A program made the position numbers and the translations under genes. Of a stretch of 64,000 nucleotides of DNA, positions 24,446 to 35,465 are shown piece by piece. Location: positions 2,170,001 through 2,234,000 of the forward strand of contig NC_043000.1 in NCBI RefSeq assembly GCF_006345805.1, written 5' to 3'. Positions within the stretch are counted from its first letter, which is position 1. Every line of letters begins with the position of its first letter. The notes under the pieces are model-generated. The model worked only from the letters and a program-made list of their open reading frames with translations, searched no databases and was not told the origin of the DNA. The DNA comes from Octopus sinensis. Taxonomy: Eukaryota.

Positions 24446-24746
24446 GGGGGCACATGGTCTAGTGGTTAGAGCAGCGAACTCACGGTCGAGGGATCGCGGG
24501 TTCGAATCTCAGATCGGGCGATATGTGTTTATGAGTGAAACATTACCTTCTGCTCCACACAGTTCCAGCAGAAGGTAATACTGAACTTCTGCTGACTCTT
24601 TCACCACAACTTTCTCTCACTCTTTCCTCCTGCATCTTGCAGCTCACCTGTAATGGACGGTGTCCAGTCCAGGTGGGGAACCTATATGCCAAGGAAACCA
24701 GGAAACCGGCCCTTATGAGCCAGGCATGGCTCGAGAAGGAACAAAC
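24446..24746 (+). mobile_element. tRNA-derived SINE family C, tail type 2
   Basis: Family C-like head joined to the TCTTGCAGCTCACC...GGGGAACCTATATGCC...GCTCGAGAAGG tail, also seen at 58721-59013. Confidence 0.85.
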
Positions 24747-24919
24747 ATATATATATGAATAAAAAATGGAGTTAATGCAGGTGTAATCAAATATTTTTAC
24801 TTTCGACACATGTTTATAAACAAGGAGTTACAACACCTTTACTTGTGAGATTTTTGCTGCCCTGGTAACTATTTATTTATTTTTTCCGTGTTAATTATTA
24901 ACAAGGTAAAAATACACTC

Positions 24920-24972
<53 letters not shown>

Positions 24973-26344
24973 TCTGACTGCTAGCAAGGAAAAATATACA
25001 TAAAATAAACACATTGTTATTATTTTAATGTCCACTTTTCATTTGGGTCAAATTTTCTATGCCCAGATACCCTTCCTGTCACCAGTCTTCATCTGTTTCC
25101 AAGCAAGGTAATATTTCCCCTTGGTTGGACATGTTTTCATGGAAGATTGAACACGAAGGACACAGCTTGTATGACTGTGATGCATATTTACAACTATTAC
25201 GTAATGTCAAAAGAAGGAGAGACAGACAGACAGAAACGCATGCATGCACATGTGCACACACACACACGTGTATGTGTGTAATATGATGACCCTCTTTCAG
25301 GTTCTTTTGTCAAATCCACTCACAAAGCTTTGGTAGAAGACACTTTCTGGGAATTTGAAAGAACTGTGTGAAACTAGAGTAGTTAAAGCAGTGTAGCAGT
25401 GGCCAAACTGTGGATGTTTTGCATGTTAGCTCAGTCAGTAAAATATTTTTATTGATAATAAGATAATTGTCCACAACTACTGAGTGCAGTCGGTTCACTC
25501 TTCATATATCAGTAATGAAAGTCACTTGATAGGAAGATATTGAAACCAGGGCTGCTCTGGGCAATGAGGTAATAGCAAACATTTTGCATGCTAGCTCAGT
25601 CAATAAAATATTTCTATGATTAATGAGTTATTAATTTGTCCATGATTAAAGGGTTAATTTATTTTATCTCAGCCAGCTGTTATGTGTGCTAGCTGACTCA
25701 GTAAAATATTTTTATGATTAACAGATGATTAATTTATCTTACTTCTCTCAGCATTACTCATGTCCATAAAATGTCTGCAAAGCGTTGCGTACATCTGCAG
25801 GAAATCTCTGCACTAGAAAATCCAAACCATCTCCTCATGGCTTTGGTAATGACTATTATACAAGATGACCATAACTTTCAATGTCTTCCATTTGACTGAA
25901 CTTTCTTACCATAGATCAAATGAACTTCACTGCACATGACAGTTTGTAGATAAATATCTTAACGATCATCATCATCATCATCCTTTTAACATACACTTTT
26001 CTATGCTTGCATGGGTTGGACCGCTAATGTTATCTACATTATGTAATAATGAAGTTGGTGAGCTGGCAGAATCATTAGCAGACAGGGCAACATGCTTAGT
26101 GGCATTTTGTCTGTCTTTATGGCCTGAGTTCAAATCCCGTTGAGGTCAACTTTGCCTTTCATCCCTTCAGGATTGATTGATAAATAAGTGTCAATTAAAC
26201 ATTGGGGTCGATCTAATTGACTTATCCCCTTCCCAAAATTGCTGGCCTTGTGTCAAAATTTGAAACCAATGTTATATGACTGTAAATTTCTACTGCAAAC
26301 TCTGTACTTGTTTTCTGCAAATTTACATTAACATTTATCCCCTT

Positions 26345-26390
<46 letters not shown>

Positions 26391-26494
26391 TCAACTTCCA
26401 CTCTTCTGTGATTGCCTGTATCTGATAGAAGTTTGCCTCAACAAACTCTGTCTAACCCATGCAGTCATGGAGAAATGGAAGATATATATATATA

Positions 26495-27075
26495 TCATCA
26501 TCATCATCATCGTTTAATGTCCGCTTTCCATGCTAGCATGGGTTGGACGATTTTGACTGAGGGCTGGCGAACCATATGGTTGCACCAGTCTCCAATCTTG
26601 ATTTGGCAGAGTTTCTATAGCTGGATGCCCTTCCTAATGCCAACCACTCCGAGAGTGTAGTCGGTGCCAGTCAGGCGGTACTGGCAATGACCTCGCTCCA
26701 ATCCTTTTACACATGCCACCAGCACAGGTGGCAGTAAGGCGACATTGGTAACGATCACGCTCGAATGGTACCCTTTTACGTGCCACTGGCATGGAAGCCA
26801 GTTGGCTGCTCTGGCAACAATCACACTCGGATGGTGCTCTTGGCACCCTACAAGCACGGGCACAAGTACCAGTAAGGCGACGCTGGTAATGATCACGCTC
26901 AAATGGTGCCCTTTAAATGCCACTGGCACGGAAGCCGGTTAGCCGCTCTGTCAATGATTACACTCATAAGGTGCTCTTTGCACCCTGCTAGCATGAATGC
27001 CAGTCATCGATTTTGATTTTGATTGATTTGATTTGATTTCACTTGCCTCAACAGGTCTTCGCAAGCAGAGTTTTA
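26495..27075 (-). mobile_element. SINE family A, long modular form
   Basis: Tail plus about 6 tandem modules. Confidence 0.85.
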
Positions 27076-27084
27076 GTGGTGTAT

Positions 27085-27400
27085 TTTTATAAATGATTTA
27101 AGTGACTGAGACCTTTGGTAATATACTGTACTTGAGAAGACCTCGCAAGCCAAGTGGGATCATAGTTGTGGCTGATGTTGGTGTTTCGTAATTGGTATCC
27201 CATGCCAATGGCACGTAAAAAGCTATCCCCTACATTCTTGGAGTGGTTGGCATTAGGGAGGGCATCCAGCTGTAGAAACCATGCCAAATCAGATTGGAAT
27301 GTGGTGCAGCTCCCTAGCTTGCCAGTCCTCAGTCAAACCATCCAACCCATGCCAGCACAGAAAACAGACGTTAAATGATGATGATGATGGTGGTGATGGT
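27085..27400 (+). mobile_element. SINE family A (opposite orientation)
   Basis: GGCACGTAAAAAGC...GGGCATCCAGCTGTAGAAACC...GACGTTAAATGATGATG. Confidence 0.8.
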
Positions 27401-28379
27401 GATGATGATGATGTTTTTATTTATAAATTTATATATAGTGGCTGCCAATTCAATTTCAACCATAAAACCTGTTCTCATAGCAGATGTATTCCTGTAACAG
27501 GTTTGGTAGCAATTCTACTATGGGCCCTCAGATGATGATAGATTTGGTGATAAATTTTGCAAATAATTTCATCAACACCTGCTCCAGTAACATGCACCAG
27601 TTCTGGTGCATTCATCCAAAATGAATTTTTAGTCCAGCAGGGATGAGCACATTTCTGGACATAAAGGATAATAGTAATCTTCTGGGTCTTTTGCATTATA
27701 TACACATAAATATCCTTTGTTGGCCTTCTGATTTGTGACCTTTCACTGATGACATATCTGGCTTTTGAAAGTGTAGCGCAACCACAGACAATATAGGTGA
27801 GATTGTCTCTGAACACTCCACTATGAAAATTTCCAATTACCTACAGTTTTTGAGCATTATGTTTTATAATTTGCTGGCCAATTAAAGTTTTTTTCCAACT
27901 GCAAGCTTTTCTTCTTCATTATTGACCACAATTCACTTCTATTCAATACAAGACATTCCCAATTAGTAATGCTGGTGTTCAAGGACTTAAGGCTGTTTTA
28001 CTAAGTTTTTGAAATCTGTTTTTTTTTTTTTTCATTTGTACTAGAGATGTTTATTAAGAATAATATCCTGTGTGTAATTACTTTGGAAGCCTGAAGATAT
28101 AAGTTTATCTTCAACAAATATACGTATGCAATGTTCTTGCCCTCCTGCCCATTCCAACCTCACCAACACCTTTTCTGATAATTCTGGTTCATTGCCCTTT
28201 GTTAAGTGTCTTCTCTGTGTGTACATGCATATATGCCCACTCATATATATGTGTATATGTGCATATATATCAAGACAAAAGTGAGTGCCACTGCTACCAT
28301 GTATCCATGTAATCCAGTTGAATCATCTGCGACTAAAATGGCACACCCACTAAGTATGTCTAGTGCAAGTGGTTACCAG

Positions 28380-28680
28380 AAGCCTAGCAAGCAAAATAGA
28401 AGACTTGTTAAGGTGCAAGCGAACGCAGTTTTAGGTCATGGAGCAATATCAAATAGCAAGAAGAGAAGCTAGTCAACAGATATGTTCTAAGGCGTGACAA
28501 TCAGAAGCATAAAGTATTCCAGATTGCAAGGCAGTGTGCTAGTGAAACTTGAGATGTCTTTGGTGAAAAGTGATTTTAGAATGATAGTGGCACTCTTGCC
28601 CTTCCTGATGATGAAAAAGAAAGAGGCCTAGAAATGCTGATTAGCTATCAGGAGAATGTATAGGAGAAAAGTCCACTTCA
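28380..28680 (+). pseudogene. RTE-clade LINE ORF fragment (region upstream of the RT core)
   Basis: EQYQIARREASQQI ... QKHKVFQIARQCASET*DVFGEK*F*NDSGTLAL resembles RTE-type VF.IARQ.....DV.GEKC..ND.G.L.L. Confidence 0.65.
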
Positions 28681-28763
28681 AGCTGATGCTACAGGGTACT
28701 CAGCCTGTAATGTCTACTTGTACATTTCTTACAAGGATATTTTTTTTTCACTTTTAATGCCTT

Positions 28764-29035
28764 GACTGGCTTCCGTGCCGGTGGCATGTAAAAAGCACCC
28801 ACCGATCGTGGCCGCTGCCAGCCTCCCTTGGCACCTATGCCAGTGGCACGTAAAAAGCACCCACTACACTCTCGGAGTGGTTGGCGTTAGGAAGGTCATC
28901 CAGCTGTAGAAACACTGCCAGATCAGACTGGAGCCTGGTGCAGCCTCCTGGCTTCTCAGACCCCAGTCAAACCATCCAACCCATGCTAGCAGGGAAAACG
29001 GATGTTAAACAATGATGATGATGATGATGATGAAT
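28764..29035 (+). mobile_element. SINE family A with two modules
   Basis: CGTGCCGGTGGCATGTAAAAAGCACC (28774-28799) and TGCCAGTGGCACGTAAAAAGCACC precede the tail. Confidence 0.85.
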
Positions 29036-29467
29036 GGACCTCTCTCAATAGCAACGCATTAATGACTTGGCTTTCTGCCAATTCATTTGAGAGAACAAGA
29101 GTGACCCATATGTTCATGAAATGAAATAAATTGAAACAAATCTGTCATACACACATATGAATTTTCCCTATGGAAGAGAATCAGTGTTATTTAAGCGTGA
29201 TCTTGCACAATGTCCACTACCTGATAACTGAAATTTCTGAAACTGAAATTTTTACTAAATAATGTATTAAAAATGCAGCATTCTTAATACAAAATATTCA
29301 GACCGTTTCATCACAACTGATACAAGAGTTACATGGTAGCTGAAATTTGAAGGTTAACTCTAGTATATAGGGCCCTTAACAGATTTGAGTGGAAGAAACA
29401 TTGTGTGTATGTCTATGTATGTATGTATGTATGTATGTATGTATGTATGTATGTATGTATGTATGTA

Positions 29468-29503
<36 letters not shown>

Positions 29504-29592
29504 TGCATGCATACATGTATGTATATATGTATGTATGTTCATGTATGCATGCATGCATTCATTCATTCATTCATTCACTATTTATAAATGCT

Positions 29593-29974
29593 GGAGGTGC
29601 AATGGCCCAGTGGTTAGGGCAGTGGACTCATGGTCGTGGGATCGCAGTTTCAGTTCTAAGACAGGGTGTTGTGAGTGTTTATTGAGCAAAAACACCTAAA
29701 GCTCCACAAGGCTCCAGCAGGAGGTAGGGGTGAACCCTGCTGTACTCTCTTTCATCACAACTTTCTCTCACTCTTTCTTCCTGTTTCTGTTGTACATGTA
29801 TTTCAAAGGGCCAGCCTTGTCACACACACTGTGTCATGCTGAATCTCCCCAAGAACTATGTTAAGGGTACAGATGTCTGTGGAGTGCTCGGCCACTTATA
29901 CATTAACTTCATGAGCAGGCTGTTCCGTTGATCGGATCAACTAGAACCCTTGTCGTTGTAACTGATGGAGTGCC
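29593..29974 (+). mobile_element. tRNA-derived SINE family C, tail type 1
   Basis: Full length; 13-bp TSD ATTTATAAA(T/C)GCT at 29580-29592 and 29978-29990. Confidence 0.9.
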
Positions 29975-30170
29975 ATGATTTATAAACGCTATGTGTATTC
30001 TATTGTGTAGTCTGTTCCTCTTTAGCATTTATTTGTAGTTATTAATATATTTCTCTTTGATTGTATTGATTATATTTTAGGTTTTAAGTGGAATGCAAAA
30101 TTTTTTCAGTTGATATTGTACATCTCCGTGTTGAAACCAATAAAGGAGAAATCAACAAAACTGTGTATGT

Positions 30171-30217
<47 letters not shown>

Positions 30218-30348
30218 TGTGTGTGTGTGTGTACGTGTGTGTGTGTGTGTATGTACGTGTGTGTGTGTATGTGTGTGTGTATGTACGTGTGTGTGTGTAT
30301 GTGTGTGTGTATGTACGTGTGTGTGTGTGTATGTGTGTGTGTGTATGT

Positions 30349-30384
<36 letters not shown>

Positions 30385-32711
30385 GATATGTAAGAAAAAG
30401 AGTGCGGGGGGTACAAAATAGGATCCTGAAGCACATTAAGAGTTAATATCATCTCTTACTGTCAATATATTTCCAGTGACTTAAATGACCTTTCAATAAC
30501 AGAACAATTACACCAATTATTATTAAAAATCCTTTTAATATACCAGATAAAATGTAATTTCATATTTTCTCATATATAACATCCATTTTTAAAAAATGGA
30601 TCAAAATAATCATCATCATCATCATGATCGCATCCCATCCAAACCAACATTAATAAACTTCAATTATAATAATGTGTCAACATGTGGTATTTTGCCTCTT
30701 TTCATTGGCTATTTCCTAATGAAGTCTGTCATTAGTAAAGCCTATCATATCTGTGCAAATGTTACTTTTAATAAGCCAGATTGTTGTTGAAAATGAATTA
30801 AAATTTTCAGCCAAGCAGAAAATTCTGTGATCTTTGATTATATCATATAGTTGCCATGGTTCCCCCTCTTTGTATCTGCGCACCTTGTTTTGGCTTTACT
30901 TACTCTTAAATTTGTCAGTCATTGGACTGCAGCCATGCTGGGGAACCACCTTAAGGGGCTTAATTGAACAAATTAACTCCAGTACTTGTTTTTATTAAAG
31001 TTTGGTGTTTATTCTGTTGGTCACTTTTGCTGGACTGTTATGCTACAGCGGTGCAAACAAACCAACATCGGTTGCCAAGTGGTGAAGGGGGACAAACATA
31101 ACAAACATAATGACACACACACACGGCAGTGCCTGATGACTGTGCCAAGATGTCAGATGTGTTATAATACATTGTTTGGCATGTTCTCATCACAAGAAAC
31201 TATTAGTAACACATAAAAACATGTATTGTGTTTATTGAATAATAATAATAATAATTATATATATATATATAGTGTCTACCAAATACACTAAGGTTTTGGT
31301 CAACTTAGAGCTACGATAGAAGACACTTGCTCAAGGTACTATGCAATGAGACTGAACCCAAGGCAGCATGGTTGGGAAGCAAGTTCTTAACCACCTAGCC
31401 GTGCTTTTACTCTTGATAAATATGGTACAGGATCAGTGTCTTGTTAAAATATTCCTGATATAACCTTTTCACTTGCATCAGTTGTCAAGGTAACCTTTTT
31501 TGACATCGTAAATCCGTAACGCTGGCTTTGATAGTAACATGAGTTTTATATCCTCACAAGTCTTTCATTGCTGAACTCCCTTACAAGTGTAGGACATTGC
31601 ATTTACAGAATGATACATGTGGCAATATGCTGTCTGAATTATGATAAATAAATCTATAGAGAAATGAACAAATCCAATAAAAAATTGTATTTGCTTCTTA
31701 TCCTTTGGTGGTTTTTATATCCATTGATCTTACTACAAAATGATAATCGTGTGGCATACCCACTTTTGCCAATCTGTAACTCGAAAAAGGGCAATTCCTC
31801 AGTCTCTAATACTGACATAGTTTGATTTATCATTAAGTCTGATAATTCCAACCATTTTATGATGTCATATAACTTCATATGTAGACTCTCAGCTGTTTTA
31901 GCAACCAATGTATACATCATTTTGATCATAACAACATTATCAATGTCATTTACAACAGTATTTTGGTCTTTGAAATGTAGCAATGGATATTTTGATGTAT
32001 GACACATTCATCTTAAAAATGCACTAGTGTTATGTATTGTAATTTCTCTTGCTTTAGAATTCATTTCTTTTTTTGGTAATTTGGTGACGGCATGGCTGAG
32101 TGGTTAAAGATTTTGCTTCCCAGCCTTGTGGTTTCAGGTTCAGTCCTATTGTGTAATACCTTGGGCAAATGTTTTCTTTTATAGCCCTGAGTCAATCAAA
32201 ACCTTATGAGTGGATTTGGTTGACAGAAACTGAAAGAAACCCTTAGTATATACAAGGGAGTGCTGAAAAATGTTCCTGGCTTCAGGTGAAAGAAAATACA
32301 GAAGGATCAGTTAATTGTGATTTTATTCAACATTTCCTTTCTCAGGTTCTCACATTTATTGTAGAGATCCATCAGTTTTCCTAAGCTCTTTAAAAGAACT
32401 TGGAAATTTGGGCCTCCAACTAGGTCTTTCGCAATACCCTTAAAGCCAGGAACGTTACAGCACCCTTGCATATGTGTGTGTGTTTGTGACTGTGTTTGTG
32501 TTTGTCCCCTACCACCACTTGACAACAGGTGTTGGTTTGGTTACATCCTCATAACTTATCAATTTGGCAAAAGAGTCTGATAGAATAAGCATCAGACTTA
32601 AATACAAATAAGCCCTAGAAGTTGATTTGTTCAATTAAAACTCATCAAATTGGTGGTCCAGCATAGCTGCAGTCCCATGACTAAAACAAATAAAATATAT
32701 ATTTATATGAA

Positions 32712-33210
32712 GACTTGCTGAGGCAAGTGAAATCGAAATCAAATTCGATGACTGGCATCCATGCTAGTGGACTGCTAAGAGTACCATACAAGCATGATCA
32801 TTGCCAGAGCAACAAGCTGGCCTCCATGCTGATGGCACATTAAAAACACCATTCAAGCGTGATCGTTACCTGCGTCGCCTTACTGGCACTCGTGCTGGTG
32901 GCACATGAAAAAGTGAGGTCATTACCAGTGCCACTGGACTGGCTCCTGTGCAGCTGGCACATAAAAAGCACCATTTGGGTGTGGCCATTGCCTGTGCAGC
33001 CTGACTGGCCCTCTTGCTGGTGGCACGTAAAAGCACCCACTACACTCTCGGAGTGGTTGGTGTTAGGAAGGGCATCCAGCTGTAGAAACTCTGCCAGATC
33101 AGATTGGAGTCTGGTGCAGCCATATGGTTCACCAGACCTCAGTCAAATCGTCCAACCCATGCTAGCATGGAAAGCAGATGTTAAATGATGATGATAATGA
33201 TGATGATGAT
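32712..33210 (+). mobile_element. SINE family A, long modular form, inserted in the Gypsy RT
   Basis: About 5 modules, then GGAAGGGCATCCAGCTGTAGAAAC...(GAT)n. Confidence 0.85.
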
Positions 33211-34312
33211 GATGATATATATGAGAAGGGATCGAGAGCTTCACAGAGGCAATGACAAGTGACTGAGACCTTTGGTGATATGCTGTGCATGGGAAGACTC
33301 ATTAAGCCAAGTGAAATCTTAGTTGTGGCCGATGCTGGTGCCACGTGTATTGGCATCCATGCCTGTGGTACATAAAAGCACCCATGTTAATGGCATCTGT
33401 TACACACTTAGTGGTTGGTGTTAGGAAGGTTGTCCAACTGTAGAAACCATGCAAAACTAGACTGGAACCTGGTGCAGCTCTCTGGCTTACCAGTTCAGTC
33501 AAACCAGCTAATCCATCCCAGAATGGAAAGCAGACTCTAAATGATGATGATGTTGTTTGTATGTGTGTCTTGTTTTGTCTTGACACCATATGATTGTTGT
33601 AAGTAAGTATCACTTTCATACAAGTGGTGTTGTTCGTTTCCAATCGTCCATGGAAAAATGTCTGGTCATGGGGCAAATATTAGGTTGTTTGGAAACAAAC
33701 CTGAAGATTGGTGACAGGAAGAACATCTGGCTGTGAAAATTCCATCGCACCCATGCAAGCATAGAAAAGTAGATGTTAAAATGATGACAACGATGATGAT
33801 GATGATAATGAAAGTGGTGTAGCCTCCTCCTCCTCCTCCTTCTTGAATCTATTTTAGCTAAATAATTCATGTCAGAAAGAGAGGGAAATATCAATTTAGC
33901 GTTTGGAATTGGACAAGAATCCAAACAAATTCTTTCATTTGCACATATTTAATAGTCATTATATTTTCCAAGATCTCCATTCACCTTTTTACACTACAAC
34001 TAAACAAATAATTCTTTTATTCCCACCAGGACGAACCTTTTCTAAAATACTTCTATTAATTAGTTCCATCAGTTTCATTATTACTAATGGCTTAATGTTT
34101 ATTGGCAATGAACTTGCTTCGAAATAACATGACCTGATATTCCCTTTGAGAAGAATTAAATCATCTAAAACTTCCAAATTCGCCTGGAACTTCCACCTCA
34201 TGAATTAATATTGAACTGACAGCATTTATTAATTTATCAGAAACATACCAAGGAATTCATGATTTTTATATATTTATTTATTGCGTTCAGCAACAATAGC
34301 AGCTTCAGTATT

Positions 34313-34541
34313 GGCGGCGAGCTGGCAGAAACGTTAGCACGCCGGGCGAAATGCTTAGCGGTATTTCGTCTGCATTACGTTGTGAGTTCAAATTCCGCCG
34401 AGGTCGTCTTTGCCTTTCATCCTTTCGGGGTCGATAAATTAAGTACCAGTTACGCACTGGGGTCGATGTAATCGACTTAATACCTATGTCTGTCCTTGTT
34501 TGTCCCCTCTGTGTTTAGCCCCTTGTGGGTAGTAAAGAAAT
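34313..34541 (+). mobile_element. SINE family D, young-looking copy
   Basis: CpG-intact consensus-like sequence; AGTATTGGC direct repeat at the ends. Confidence 0.9.
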
Positions 34542-34799
34542 AAGTATTGGCTCTCTTTTTTTTTTATCAGTTTCAATTAATTCATCAAGCTTCTCCTCAA
34601 AATTTCAGTATGTGATCTATCAAATTGTTTTAGTCTTAGATGAGTGGAATCAAGTTCACTTTCCAACCATGTGGTTTCAAGTTCAATCTTACTGCATGGT
34701 ACTTTGGGCAAATATCTTCTACTATAGTCCCAGATTGACCAAGGCCTTGTGAGTGGATTTGGAAGATGGAAACTGAAACAAGCTCAAAGTATTTAAATC

Positions 34800-35465
34800 T
34801 CTGAGACCCCCTTCGGTCATGGCTGACCGTGGGATTGCACCTAGAAAGTTACCCTCCCAGGCACAAGTCCGGACAAGGTTGTTTATGGAAGACCAGCAGG
34901 AGTGGCTATAGGCGCAGGAGTGGCTATAGGCGCAGGAGTGGCTATAGGCACAGGAGTGGCTGTGTGGTAAGTAGCTTGCTAACCAACCACATGGTTCCGG
35001 GTTCAGTCCCACTGTGTGGCATCTTGGGCAAGTGTCTTCTGCTATAGCTCCGGGCTGACCAATGCCTTGTGAGTGGATTTGGTAGATGGAAACTGAAAGA
35101 AGCCTGTCGTATATATGTATGTGTGTGTGTATGTTTGTGTGTCTGTGTTTGTTCCCCTAGCATTGCTTGACAACCGATGCTGGTGTGTTTGCGTCCCCGT
35201 CACTTAGCGGTTCGGCAGAAGAGACTGATAGAATAAGTACTGGGCTTACAAAGAATAAGTCCCGGGATCGATTTGCTCAACTGAAGGCGGTGCTCCAGCA
35301 TGGCTGCCGTCAAATGACTGAAACAAGTAAGAGAGTAAAAGAGAGAGAGTCGCCCATGCATACCGGCCTCCCCTCTCCATGCCACCAGTGTAATCAAGGG
35401 AAAGGCAAAGGCTAATACGGCTTGGCACATGTGACGTCGCAAATACTCTCATCTGACCCATACAA
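34800..35465. mobile_element. SINE family E (minus) split by an inserted SINE family B (plus, 34897-35345)
   Basis: 34800-34899 and 35346-35465 are adjacent parts of the reverse complement of 57312-57645 (GACCAGCAG | TCGCCCATGCATACCGGCCTCCCC). Confidence 0.8.

Noticed and set aside
26660-27010. CRISPR-like repeat/spacer array
   Set aside because: Eukaryotic context, no cas genes, diverged units with variable parts of only ~9 nt, and the array is an internal part of a dispersed SINE.
27475-27816. 113-aa minus ORF as a host exon
   Set aside because: Not recognised. The adjacent 27820-28000 loosely resembles a decayed RTE C-terminus, so a retroelement origin is at least as likely.
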